Source: Escherichia coli
GTDB taxonomy: Bacteria > Pseudomonadota > Gammaproteobacteria > Enterobacterales > Enterobacteriaceae
Strand: one strand, 5' to 3'
DNA: 64,000 nt
NCBI RefSeq assembly: GCF_048403405.1
Contig: NZ_CP183131.1
The stretch's first letter is position 1; the number at the start of each line of letters is the position of its first letter. The notes below the pieces were generated by a model. It was not told where the DNA came from and made no database searches. It saw only the letters and a list, made by a program, of their open reading frames with translations. The translations under genes and the position numbers were made by a program. This document shows positions 1 through 8,508 of this stretch, piece after piece.

Positions 1-684
1 ACCTTTTTTCTTGGCGAGGATGAGCTTCCACTCATCATTGGAGAGTTTGTCTGCGGCCTTCCCGGTGTCCGCAATGCGCCTACGCACCGTTACCGGATCA
101 AGTCCATGTGCTCTGGCTATGCTGGCAACGCAGTTGAACTTCCGACCGTCAATCATGACAGTAGGCAAATCACCAGCGGCAGCCTCCTTGAATCGGAAAC
201 CTCTGTAACCTGGTTTGAAGATCCCAGGAGCAAGTTGCTCACGGAACTCGATTGCTTGTTCTGACCTGACAAACTTGCTGTCGATTTTGCCGAGCATGTA
301 CTTAGCCCGAGCGATTACCTGGTAAAGCGTCTTCTCCAGGAGCATGGCGTCAGCAGCTCGACTCGGAAGACCTATGTCGTCTTCTTGCTCGATACCCAAC
401 ATTTCTGCATGGCTGGAGCCTTCTGCATGTCGGAAACAGCCGTCGTACTCAAAAAGAAAGGAGGCCAAACCTCCTCTCAGCTTTGCTTTGAACCGGGTGT
501 TGGCCGCGTTCTCTGGCGCTGGTGCCAGCTCGGACACTTCAAGCCCTAAATTTGCGGCCAACTTCCGCAGGTCTTCCTCTCCAATTCGGCATCCAGGCTG
601 CATAACCTGCGCCAGAGCAGATTCATCAGCACATCCGCGTTCTTTCAGCTCAGCCAAGAGGTAGGGAACTCGTACTACCCCCAT
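1..684 (-). CDS. hypothetical protein, partial (3' end lies beyond nt 1)
   Basis: Not in the ORF track because no stop lies inside the window. Manual minus-strand translation from ATG at 684 (MGVVRVPYLLAELKERGCADES...) stays open for 228 codons to nt 1. It starts 4 nt after the stop of the upstream gene and has an HTH-like stretch ASIARAHGLDPVTVRRRIADTG. Confidence 0.5.
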   Translation of the reverse strand, partial: MGVVRVPYLLAELKERGCADESALAQVMQPGCRIGEEDLRKLAANLGLEVSELAPAPENAANTRFKAKLRGGLASFLFEYDGCFRHAEGSSHAEMLGIEQEDDIGLPSRAADAMLLEKTLYQVIARAKYMLGKIDSKFVRSEQAIEFREQLAPGIFKPGYRGFRFKEAAAGDLPTVMIDGRKFNCVASIARAHGLDPVTVRRRIADTGKAADKLSNDEWKLILAKKKG

Positions 685-688
685 AAGC

Positions 689-982
689 TCAAGCTCCCTG
701 AATCGCGTGGACCACCAGCTCACAGAGTTTCCCGTACACAGGAGCAAGGCAGAGTGAAGCCATCACCATGCCAAAGGCTTTCGATGGAGCCTCTTTGGCG
801 AACTTGGTCAACCACGGCATCATGCCGCACAGAGCAGCAACCATAGCGCCAGCCACCCCCAGGGAAGGGAATGCCATCACTTGGGCCAGAATGAAGAAAC
901 ACTGGGCGTATGCCGCATGGGTCATCGCCTTCTTATCTGCTGCCGTGAACTCCACGGCATCTACGCTTTTGACTTTTTCCAT
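689..982 (-). CDS. small integral membrane protein (about 97 aa)
   Basis: ORF 689..1072. Start moved to ATG 982 (MEKVKSVD...), which has GAGGAC upstream and avoids overlap with the stop of 993..1466. Hydrophobic segments CFFILAQVMAFPSLGVAGAMVAALCGMM and FGMVMASLCLAPV. Confidence 0.45.
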   Translation of the reverse strand: MEKVKSVDAVEFTAADKKAMTHAAYAQCFFILAQVMAFPSLGVAGAMVAALCGMMPWLTKFAKEAPSKAFGMVMASLCLAPVYGKLCELVVHAIQGA

Positions 983-992
983 CACATTGTCC

Positions 993-1466
993 TCATGCAA
1001 CATCAGGTTTTCCGAAAAATTTCTCATACACTTCGAGGTCGAAGGCCAGCATGGTCTTTGCCGCCTTTTCACTAAGCTGGTGGAGGCTAAGCATCTGAAC
1101 CTTGTCAGTGCCGGTCACTTGCAGATCCACCGCGAACCACGTCCCACCTTTGGTCACGGCCAGAACTTGCACCGCCCAGGGCTTATCCAGTCGTTCGGGC
1201 GGAGTGATCATGTTCGACACTTTGGCGACCGTCGCGGTTGAACCTACCCAGTGCTTGTCGAACGCAATGACGTTCAACGCTTCAAACGCATCCTTCGCAG
1301 CTTTAAACCGGCTCCGGACAGCATCTTGTTGCTTCCAAGCCATGAACTGGAGAAGGGTCATTCCACCAGCCATAAGGGTGAGAAAACTCAAGCCATTGGC
1401 GGCAGCTACGACCGTCGCTACCAAGGACCCCAACATGACGAAGCGGTTATGTTTAAGCTGGGCCAC
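993..1466 (-). CDS. hypothetical protein with N-terminal transmembrane anchor
   Basis: 157-aa ORF with N-terminal hydrophobic stretch (MLGSLVATVVAAANGLSFLTLMAGGMTLL), in an operon with its neighbours. A promoter-like GGGGTTGCATTTTT core lies upstream at about 1500-1530. Confidence 0.5.
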   Translation of the reverse strand: MAQLKHNRFVMLGSLVATVVAAANGLSFLTLMAGGMTLLQFMAWKQQDAVRSRFKAAKDAFEALNVIAFDKHWVGSTATVAKVSNMITPPERLDKPWAVQVLAVTKGGTWFAVDLQVTGTDKVQMLSLHQLSEKAAKTMLAFDLEVYEKFFGKPDVA

Positions 1467-1562
1467 TATTCACCTCCTATACCAACCAGCGTACAGGACT
1501 TTTCAAAAATGCAACCCCGCCTAGCTGCCCAATTCGGGCAACCCTGATTCAATCCAGAACTT

Positions 1563-2084
1563 TCACATGTGAAACTTTCCGCCACAGGAACAGGAGGTTT
1601 TTACCTGACCAGAACGGATGGATTGATAGCGGTGCCACAGCTTGACCACTTCTTTTTCGCTGAGAAGGTTTGTCTTGATGTAACGGACTCTATCCCCGTC
1701 CGCTGTCTCAACAACGGTTCGGACATAGCCGTACTTGGCAACGGGTGCCTTGTACTTGTGTGACAGAATTACCCGGTAAACCGAGAGCTGGATAATGTCC
1801 GACTCATAGATGTGGTTTACCTGGCGCAGCTTGGTGTCCAAGGGAATGAGAACCCCATTCTTGGTTTGGTACACCTGATCAACCCTGCCGTGCATGGGCA
1901 CCGGCTGTGTGGTTGATATGTCCTGTTCGGACAAAAACAGAGTGGCCGAGCGCAGCTCATAAGGCATGTTCTCTGATTTCCACCACGCCCAGGTGTCTCC
2001 AATGCCGCGTTTGCGCCATTGGTCCACTTTCGCAATGACGAAAGGGGCGATGATCAGGACGAATATCCAGAGAACTGGCTTCAT
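1563..2084 (-). CDS. membrane-anchored PD-(D/E)XK (RecB/Cas4-like) nuclease
   Basis: 173 aa. N-terminal TM helix (VLWIFVLIIAPFVIA). Motifs in order: GRVDQV, LIPLDTK (D-x-K) and QLSVY (QxxxY), plus a C-terminal Cys cluster CSCGG. This is the canonical RecB/Cas4 nuclease motif order. Confidence 0.55.
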   Translation of the reverse strand: MKPVLWIFVLIIAPFVIAKVDQWRKRGIGDTWAWWKSENMPYELRSATLFLSEQDISTTQPVPMHGRVDQVYQTKNGVLIPLDTKLRQVNHIYESDIIQLSVYRVILSHKYKAPVAKYGYVRTVVETADGDRVRYIKTNLLSEKEVVKLWHRYQSIRSGQVKTSCSCGGKFHM

Positions 2085-2086
2085 GA

Positions 2087-2608
2087 CTACCTCCGGCCCC
2101 TAAACCACTCTGGATGATTGGATACATCCATGCTCTTAACCTGTGATGAGAAGACCAGTAGCTCTTGGGTCGTCAGGACGGTCTCAGGAGCCCGAGCGAT
2201 GAAAGGTCTCAGCAATTCAGAACCCGCATAGATATTGATGACCATATGCAATCGCTCTGTTGCTCCAGAAACTCTCCGCCAGCTCCGGTAGGTTTCTGTT
2301 GATTTGGCATAGCCAACCAAGGCAGGAGCCAGCGTGTCGGACTCCTTCGTATTCAACTTCCCTTTTGCTGCCTTCGATACGAACTCAGCGATCACCGAAG
2401 CCAGCATGTCGGAGGTAAGGTGAAGCGGCAGCTTTATCGTGTCGAAGTCAGCCTGCTTGATGGTGAACAGGCGGATGTGATCGTTGCGGTAGTCACGCAC
2501 ATAGATGACATGACTCTCAAATGGGTTGGAGTGGTTAAAGGCATCCATACCCCAGCCTGCGGCCTCAAGATGTGCGTTTGATACTGACTTGTCGTAATCA
2601 AATTCCAC
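2087..2608 (-). CDS. hypothetical protein
   Basis: 173-aa ORF with a GTG start directly after the stop of 2613..3221 (tight operon packing). No motif recognised. Confidence 0.5.
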   Translation of the reverse strand: MEFDYDKSVSNAHLEAAGWGMDAFNHSNPFESHVIYVRDYRNDHIRLFTIKQADFDTIKLPLHLTSDMLASVIAEFVSKAAKGKLNTKESDTLAPALVGYAKSTETYRSWRRVSGATERLHMVINIYAGSELLRPFIARAPETVLTTQELLVFSSQVKSMDVSNHPEWFRGRR

Positions 2609-2612
2609 GCTA

Positions 2613-3221
2613 TTACTCTCCGTCTTGTCGTTCAGGAACTTTCACATGTGAAAGTTTTCCGTCGGTCATGATGTCCAGGACGGCTTTGCCCAGTCTCATC
2701 CCTTTATGGTTTTGAACCGGGTCTCCCTTGTAGAAAAGTCCTGGCTCGTTATCGGGATGGAATACCCCGTGAGGAATGTTGTCGTGATCGCCCAGCCACA
2801 TGCGTAGCCTCAGATCCACCAGCCACCCATCATCCAGGACAACCCAGAAATGCGGTGTCACGATGTCCTTGGTCTGTTCGTTTCGCACAAAGCCATACAT
2901 GCAGTCATGAGGTACACCCGCTTCATTGAGTAGGTGGCTTACTGCCCATGTCATACCGTCACATTCCATCTGGCAGTCATCCAAGGTCATAAGGACGGCT
3001 TCCAGTTCCCGGTGCCACTCCGTCATTTGCTTGGCCGCAGGTTTTACCACCAGCTCGTTTTTGTTTTCTGCCAAGATGATGTCTTCCTCGTCAATATTGC
3101 ATTCGTCTATCGCTTCCGAACGGATGGATACCGCTTCATCCCAGTCATCGCTCGATCCGAAAATGCTCCAACCCTCAAGACCGTAATTCACCCATACGAT
3201 GAACCGCTTTATCGTTTTCAT
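2613..3221 (-). CDS. hypothetical protein, possible Cys-His-Asp (transglutaminase/papain-like) fold
   Basis: 202 aa, first gene of the minus-strand operon. Candidate triad context CDGMTWAVSHLL ... PHFWVVLDDGWLVDL. Assignment is weak. The 3' end encodes the 20-bp palindrome at 2637-2656. Confidence 0.45.
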   Translation of the reverse strand: MKTIKRFIVWVNYGLEGWSIFGSSDDWDEAVSIRSEAIDECNIDEEDIILAENKNELVVKPAAKQMTEWHRELEAVLMTLDDCQMECDGMTWAVSHLLNEAGVPHDCMYGFVRNEQTKDIVTPHFWVVLDDGWLVDLRLRMWLGDHDNIPHGVFHPDNEPGLFYKGDPVQNHKGMRLGKAVLDIMTDGKLSHVKVPERQDGE

Positions 3222-3238
3222 GTGCGGCCCCCTTTAAC

Positions 3239-3258
3239 CGTGCAACGTTCCCACATAC
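3239..3258 (+). repeat. orphan oriV-type iteron
   Basis: CGTGCAACGTTCCCACATAC matches the iteron consensus of the 5204-5964 array in the same orientation. It sits in the divergent promoter region between 3221(-) and 3490(+). Confidence 0.7.
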
Positions 3259-3489
3259 TCACCCCTTCAAACCGTAACCCCACCAAAAAGCCACTTCTTG
3301 ATGATTTCCAATCAGCAGCGGCAGGTTGCCCCTGAACTAACCTCACCGAAAAACCACCTTTAGATTGCTTTCTGGTGCTTATCAAGTTCTCCTGAGTGAT
3401 TAGTCGTTCTGAAAACTTTACTTTTCACAGTATCATTTTATAATACTGTAAATCATAAAAACAACCCAGTAAAGAAAAAAGAGCGACTT

Positions 3490-4605
3490 ATGTTGAGACG
3501 AGAAAACCAAGGAGATTTGTTCGATGACCAGGTGGTGTTGCCATCACTGGAGTCGGTTCTTACCGGCATATCTTCCAGTCAGCGTTGTGACGATAGAACA
3601 ACGTACTTCTCCGCTCCGGATGTGGACCTGAGTTTGTACGATCACATCATTGTTTGCCTGTCTGGAGGCAAAGACTCGATTGCTGCGTACTTGCGGCTGG
3701 TGGACATGGGTGTTGATAAGTCAAAGGTGGAGTTCTGGCACCATGATGTTGATGGTCAGGAAGGCAGTTCGTTGATGGATTGGGCCTTCATGCGTGATTA
3801 CTGTCGTCAGCTCGGGGAAGAACTGGGTATCCCAATGTACTTCTCGTGGCTTGAGGGCGGCTTTGAGGGCAAAATGCTCAAAGACAATGCCTATAGCCAC
3901 CCCCATCGTGTAGAGACGCCTGAGGGGCTTCTGGTGCTGCCTAGAGACCATAAGCGCTCTAAGCCTGGTACGCGCCTTCGTTTCCCTCAGCAATCGCCAT
4001 CACTCCAAACAAGGTGGTGCTCATCAGCCTTGAAGATCGATGTTGGCCGCAGAGCTCTTAATAACCAGGAGCGCTTCAAGGGGAAGAAGATCCTTTTCAT
4101 CACTGGTGAGCGCCGGGAGGAAAGTGCAAACAGATCCAAGTACAACCAGCTTGAGGCTCATGCCTGTGACAGAAGATATGGGAAGACTGCACGGTTAGTT
4201 GATGCCTGGAGGCCCGTTCTTCATTGGACTGAGGAGGAGGTATGGGAAGTAATCGAGCGTCACCGCATCCTGGCCCCAGTCCCTTATCGCCTTGGCTGGA
4301 GCCGGTCGTCGTGTATGACCTGCATCTACAACTCACAGCGTATCTGGTCCACGATCCGTCACTACTGGCCTGAACGAGCTGGGAAAATTGCTCAGTATGA
4401 ACAAACCTTTGGTGTGACGGTATCAAGAAAAAAAATCGACGTAATAGATTTAGGTTCTGCTGTTGCGCCGATACAGATTAGTGATGTTGAGGCATTGGAG
4501 CAGGTATCCAGAGAAGATTACACGCTCCCGATTTTTGTGCCGGAGGGGCAGAAGTGGGTTCTCCCTGGTGGCGCATTTGGCCGAGAGGCCTGTGGTTCTG
4601 ATTGA
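3490..4605 (+). CDS. PP-loop ATP pyrophosphatase / PAPS-reductase-family protein
   Basis: 371 aa. PP-loop motif VCLSGGKDSIAA. Overall layout resembles phosphoadenosine-phosphosulfate reductase-like (IbrA/DndC-related) proteins. C-terminal CMTC. Confidence 0.7.
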   Translation: MLRRENQGDLFDDQVVLPSLESVLTGISSSQRCDDRTTYFSAPDVDLSLYDHIIVCLSGGKDSIAAYLRLVDMGVDKSKVEFWHHDVDGQEGSSLMDWAFMRDYCRQLGEELGIPMYFSWLEGGFEGKMLKDNAYSHPHRVETPEGLLVLPRDHKRSKPGTRLRFPQQSPSLQTRWCSSALKIDVGRRALNNQERFKGKKILFITGERREESANRSKYNQLEAHACDRRYGKTARLVDAWRPVLHWTEEEVWEVIERHRILAPVPYRLGWSRSSCMTCIYNSQRIWSTIRHYWPERAGKIAQYEQTFGVTVSRKKIDVIDLGSAVAPIQISDVEALEQVSREDYTLPIFVPEGQKWVLPGGAFGREACGSD

Positions 4606-4622
4606 TTTGTGCAGAGGTGGCA

Positions 4623-5057
4623 ATGTTGGATTTTGTTTTTTTGGTGTTTTTGGGGTTGGGCATATCTACGGTGCTGGTGCGTCGGTCTTCCCGTAAGGGG
4701 ATGGATCTTGAGCTGACATGGCTCCAGTCGTTGAAGGTCGTGCTGGTTCGTGGAGCTGTTGCATTGGGCCTGGGTTTTGGCATTGGCAGGCTTGTATTGA
4801 TGGGGATGCAGTATGGTTTCCTGAGTGAGTCTGTCCTGAGGGAACATGCACTTGTCTCCGTAGCGGTGGTTCTGATCTGTGGGCTTGGTTCGTTCGTTGC
4901 GTTTCAGTGGATCATCGGGAGGATCTCTGGAAGATCGATCAGCGTCGTTTCTGTGATCAAAGCTGTGATGTACGAGTCTGGTTACTTTGTGCTGTCGATG
5001 CTTATCTTGTTGGTGATACTCGTCCTGTTCGGCCTTGCATACGAGACTTTTTTCTAA
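4623..5057 (+). CDS. integral membrane protein (about 4 TM)
   Basis: ORF 4602..5057. ATG at 4623 is preceded by GAGGTGG. Four hydrophobic segments. Adjacent to and probably co-transcribed with the PP-loop gene. Confidence 0.5.
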   Translation: MLDFVFLVFLGLGISTVLVRRSSRKGMDLELTWLQSLKVVLVRGAVALGLGFGIGRLVLMGMQYGFLSESVLREHALVSVAVVLICGLGSFVAFQWIIGRISGRSISVVSVIKAVMYESGYFVLSMLILLVILVLFGLAYETFF

Positions 5058-5203
5058 AAAAACAGTGTTGATTATTTTTTGTTCAGTGATCAAAAGGATA
5101 AATATAAAGATCTTTAGATCTTTGTATAAAGGATTAAAAACGGTTAAAGACAGGTTAGGCGTTCTAAATCACCACTCAACACATTGATATTACTGGTGTT
5201 TTC

Positions 5204-5964
5204 ATATTTATTCCGTGCAACAAACCCATAGGTTGCCGTGCAGCGTTCCCATAGGTTGCCGTGCAACGTCCCCACATACCCTTGGATCTTATCCACTGTT
5301 ATCCACACGGAACCCCTCTTTTTTCCACAAAATCCTTACAAAACAGAGCTTTCGTGCAGCGTTCCCACATATCAGATCTGGTGTTCGTGCAGTATTCCCA
5401 CATGTCTAAGGTCATACGTGCAGTCGCCCCATATACAATTTTCTGAACGTGCAACGTACCCACATGTCAATTTTGGTCGTTTTTTGCACCGTGCAGCGTA
5501 CCCACATATGATCGTGCAGCGTTCCCATATACCAAAACCCCGTTTATGCACAGGAAATGTGGATAACTTTTGGCCTCTTTTTGTGTGCGCGTGATCACTT
5601 TATGGACTATTAGAGTCATTTTGACTGCTTTTTTAGGTTTGTCCTGATCTGTCAATCTTTGTTCTGCTTCGTCAATCGTGCAGAGTTCCCATATATCGAG
5701 AGGTTCAGGACCTGCTTTCGTGCAACGTACCCACATATCAAATCTCATAACGTGCAGGTCCCCCACATCCTCACCCTTTAACTATCAATACCTTACGGGA
5801 ACCACTCTACGGGAACCACTGGAGCAGCATGGCACTTATCCTTCGTCGTGGCTTACGCTTGCACGATACTGAGACTCAGCTTGCGACTACCGTGCAGCGA
5901 TCCCATATATAGAGCCCCAGCCCACGCTGCATCTGGGGTCACGTTCGCTCTATCCGTGCAGCTC
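5204..5964 (+). repeat. oriV iteron array (14 direct repeats, IncA/C type)
   Basis: CGTGCA(A/G)NNNNCCCA(C/T)AT-type about 19-bp repeats, all in the same orientation. They start at 5204, 5227, 5250, 5343, 5376, 5407, 5438, 5480, 5503, 5667, 5709, 5741, 5881 and 5945. The array lies downstream of repA, as described for RA1/IncA/C replicons. An AT-rich, GATC-rich stretch at 5090-5200 adjoins it. Confidence 0.85.
5279..5297 (+). promoter_or_regulatory. tandem DnaA boxes in oriV
   Basis: TTATCCACT (5279-5287) and perfect TTATCCACA (5289-5297). A third perfect box lies on the opposite strand at 5548-5556 (TGTGGATAA). Confidence 0.7.
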
Positions 5965-6033
5965 CCCCATATGCGGAGGCATTCCGTTTCCGGTCCTGCC
6001 TGGTGGGCGTACCTTGTGCGCTTTCTTCTGGCA

Positions 6034-6056
6034 TAAAAAAAGGCGCTGACGCGCCT
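6034..6056 (-). terminator. rho-independent terminator after repA
   Basis: Minus strand: AGGCGC-GTCA-GCGCCT hairpin followed by TTTTTTTAT, about 40 nt after the repA stop. Confidence 0.7.
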
Positions 6057-6093
6057 ATCTTTCTTTTCCCTGGGGGGTGGGAGATTCTGGTGG

Positions 6094-7194
6094 CTATCTC
6101 CCCTTACGTTGGGGTTCATCAATGATGTCGTGGTCGATCATGCCGTGCTTGATGGCCCGTAGCTCTGTCTGCTGCTTACGCTTGTTGGACGCCATCACCT
6201 GCTTCACGAAGTTCTCATGAGGCCTTATGACGTACCGCACGTCGATGACTCTGCGGCCATCCTTGATCTGGTTCGCGTCGTAGTCGCTTATGACCTCTTG
6301 TTTGATGAGGGCCTCCAGAGCGAGCTTCATGGCTCTGACGTTCTCCGGCATCCGTGGGCTCAATTCACGAGGGCTCTGGGTCAGGAAGCTGATAAGCGAT
6401 GGCGTGTACGGCGAATCTGGTGATGCTTGAGTCCAGTAGTGGCTCATTCGCTTGTAGATGTACCGTGCAAGAGGGGAGCGGATTTGCATTCCGATTTTGT
6501 AGTTGTACTGACGAAACGACAGATTCATGATCGATTCGTTTACCAGCGGGTTGAACTGCACATAGCACCTGGCGTTCCCGCCTTTCTTGCGAAACTCACC
6601 TCTGGTGGTCAGTCCCACCATCGGGAAGAAGCTGGAGCTGATGAAGGCTTCACCGTCATCACTGATACATTCGAGTGTTGCGCCACGACAAACCTGGATT
6701 GCTTCCTTGATTTCGTTCAGGTTGTACCCGTGACCCATCTTCGAGAGCTCTTTCTGGAGTTCGTACAGAGTGAACATGACTCCAGCCTTGCCCTCGATGA
6801 TATGGCCTTTCCCGTTCACTGCGAGCTTGCGTAGAGCATCCTCAAGGATTTCCTCTCGCTGTCCCGCGTAGATCAGCACGGTTCTTCCGTCATCCTTCTC
6901 GATGATGGCTGGCTTCACCTTCACCGTGAAATGCTGGCCTCTGATGGTGCATTGTCGTGTCACTACAGCGTTGGATAAATCTTCATGCTCACGCTTTTGG
7001 TCCCAAATGTACTTCGGCAGCGCATCGTAGATCTCGATGGTGTTGGAGTAGTCGTCTTTCTTGGCCGGAGATTCAATGATCTCAAACAGGCTCATTTGCG
7101 GTGAGTCTTTGATTACGTCGAGTTTCTCCAGGTCTTTGTCTTTGGTTCTCTTGCTCATGATTGTTCCGTCGATACTTTCTAGCTGGTGGTCCAT
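6094..7194 (-). CDS. repA: replication initiator RepA (IncA/C family)
   Basis: 366-aa ORF (alternative start MSKRTKDKDLEKLDVIK at 7158). The sequence is recognised as IncA/C RepA. It is followed by its own iteron array and DnaA boxes. Confidence 0.9.
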   Translation of the reverse strand: MDHQLESIDGTIMSKRTKDKDLEKLDVIKDSPQMSLFEIIESPAKKDDYSNTIEIYDALPKYIWDQKREHEDLSNAVVTRQCTIRGQHFTVKVKPAIIEKDDGRTVLIYAGQREEILEDALRKLAVNGKGHIIEGKAGVMFTLYELQKELSKMGHGYNLNEIKEAIQVCRGATLECISDDGEAFISSSFFPMVGLTTRGEFRKKGGNARCYVQFNPLVNESIMNLSFRQYNYKIGMQIRSPLARYIYKRMSHYWTQASPDSPYTPSLISFLTQSPRELSPRMPENVRAMKLALEALIKQEVISDYDANQIKDGRRVIDVRYVIRPHENFVKQVMASNKRKQQTELRAIKHGMIDHDIIDEPQRKGR

Positions 7195-7466
7195 GCCGCC
7201 AGCATTGTCAATGCTCCCGCTGCTACCGTCGCTGAAAACACTAGCTGGTAGATGCGACGCTTAGCCCCCGCAGTGCCGCTCATAAAACGCAGGGCTGCCG
7301 CTTCATATCGGAAATGAGCGAACTCACCCCGAAGGGTGCTATCTGTCCCCTGTGGCGATTGTGGGCGCTTTGACAGGGCAGGGCGAGGATGGCTGGCGAC
7401 TTTCTTGATCATCGCTTCACATTTCCCCAGTTTCGCCAATTCAGTGGCCGCTACAGATGCTGTCAT
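7179..7466 (-). CDS. small hypothetical protein (C-terminal TM)
   Basis: 95-aa ORF packed between the 188-aa gene (stop 7471) and repA (16-nt overlap). C-terminal hydrophobic tail IYQLVFSATVAAGALTMLAAW. No homology recognised. Confidence 0.35.
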   Translation of the reverse strand: MTASVAATELAKLGKCEAMIKKVASHPRPALSKRPQSPQGTDSTLRGEFAHFRYEAAALRFMSGTAGAKRRIYQLVFSATVAAGALTMLAAWTTS

Positions 7467-7470
7467 GTTG

Positions 7471-8037
7471 TCACACCTCGTCGCTATGTGTCTTGTTTAG
7501 CTGGCGCTCGTACTCGTTTAGCGCCCGGCGAATTTTTGCTAAGGCAGTGGCGCGTTGTCTTAACACGGCATACCTGGTTTCAACTTGCTGGATCAACTCT
7601 TGTGCCCAGACAGGCTCTTTCTTGAAGTGCGACATGCTGTAGGCATGACCGCGACCCTTCTTGATATGTGTCGATAGAACCCTTTTCTTTTGTCCGGGAA
7701 CTTGTTCGACAAATCTGTTGCGATACCACTCTGCAACGAGTGATACGCCTAGAATGCGAACCCGTGTACCGACACGCCCTTGTTCGTCCTCTGACGCTTC
7801 TTCACGCGCTGATTTGTGCGCGTTCCAGTACATGTCCGCTTCCTGCTGCGCCTCGACAGCAAGAACCGCTAAGGCGTGATCCAGTTTGCTCCGTACCTCT
7901 GCAACAAACTCTCGTCCCTCTGCCTCTAGCAGATCCTCTGTTATCTCGGATCGTTCTTCTTCGAGCTTCGGATCTAGCAGATCTAGCCATCGCTCTGTTG
8001 GTAGACTCACCTCAATACCCTCCCAATTCCTATCCAA
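7471..8037 (-). CDS. hypothetical protein; position fits the oriT-adjacent transfer factor MobI of IncA/C plasmids
   Basis: 188 aa, charged and helical. It is transcribed away from the AT-rich repeat region 8024-8249 and toward repA. The MobI assignment rests only on remembered synteny (oriT immediately upstream of mobI). Confidence 0.45.
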   Translation of the reverse strand: MDRNWEGIEVSLPTERWLDLLDPKLEEERSEITEDLLEAEGREFVAEVRSKLDHALAVLAVEAQQEADMYWNAHKSAREEASEDEQGRVGTRVRILGVSLVAEWYRNRFVEQVPGQKKRVLSTHIKKGRGHAYSMSHFKKEPVWAQELIQQVETRYAVLRQRATALAKIRRALNEYERQLNKTHSDEV

Positions 8038-8249
8038 TTCCTATCCACATAACTATCTATCTGGAATTTAAAGCTGATTATTCCAATACTGGAATCTAGT
8101 TCTGTCACTAGGCTAACCCATCTTTGGAATTTGTCAAATTTCCCTCTATCTATCTGGAATCTTGATGCTCTTATTCTTTCACAGCCTCTTTACATATGAA
8201 TCTATATTTAAAGATTCCAGATATATTGGATATGGCATCAAAGATTCCA
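8024..8249. repeat. AT-rich direct/inverted repeat cluster (candidate oriT / divergent promoters)
   Basis: CCAATTCCTAT x2 (8024-8045). CTATCTATCTGGAAT x2 (8053-8067, 8146-8160). Inverted repeat ATTCCA-ATAC-TGGAAT (8079-8094). AAAGATTCCA x2 (8210-8219, 8240-8249). Confidence 0.5.
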
Positions 8250-8332
8250 AATGCCTCTTTACCACCGTCTCTCGATGCTGGAGGGCAAGCGGTTCTCGAT
8301 GCGAGGGTAAGGTCTGTTTATCTGAGCCTATC

Positions 8333-8351
8333 CGTGCAGCGTTCCCATAGG
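8333..8351 (+). repeat. orphan oriV-type iteron
   Basis: CGTGCAGCGTTCCCATAGG is identical to the iteron at 5227. It lies about 160 bp upstream of stbA. Confidence 0.7.
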
Positions 8352-8508
8352 TTCCCTTACTCAACGATCAAAAAGCCACCGAAAAGCAACCTATATGCCC
8401 CTTTTGGGCAATTACACAGGCCATCTGTCCCCGCTTTTAGCCTTATTCTCTATCCAACACGCGGCAAGCAATCGAAAAGCAATCTAAAAGCAATCTTTGG
8501 AGGATTTC

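Noticed and set aside
3427-3449. Possible LexA (SOS) box in the 3221/3490 promoter region
   Set aside because: The sequence is ACAGTAT-N9-ATACTGT, so the half-sites are in the opposite order and spacing to CTGT-N8-ACAG. It is kept only as an unassigned operator-like inverted repeat.
5215-6122. Six ORFs of 61-118 aa across the iteron array
   Set aside because: They are built from repeated iteron sequence (recurring VQRSH / RAAFPH peptides) with no RBS. The region is oriV.
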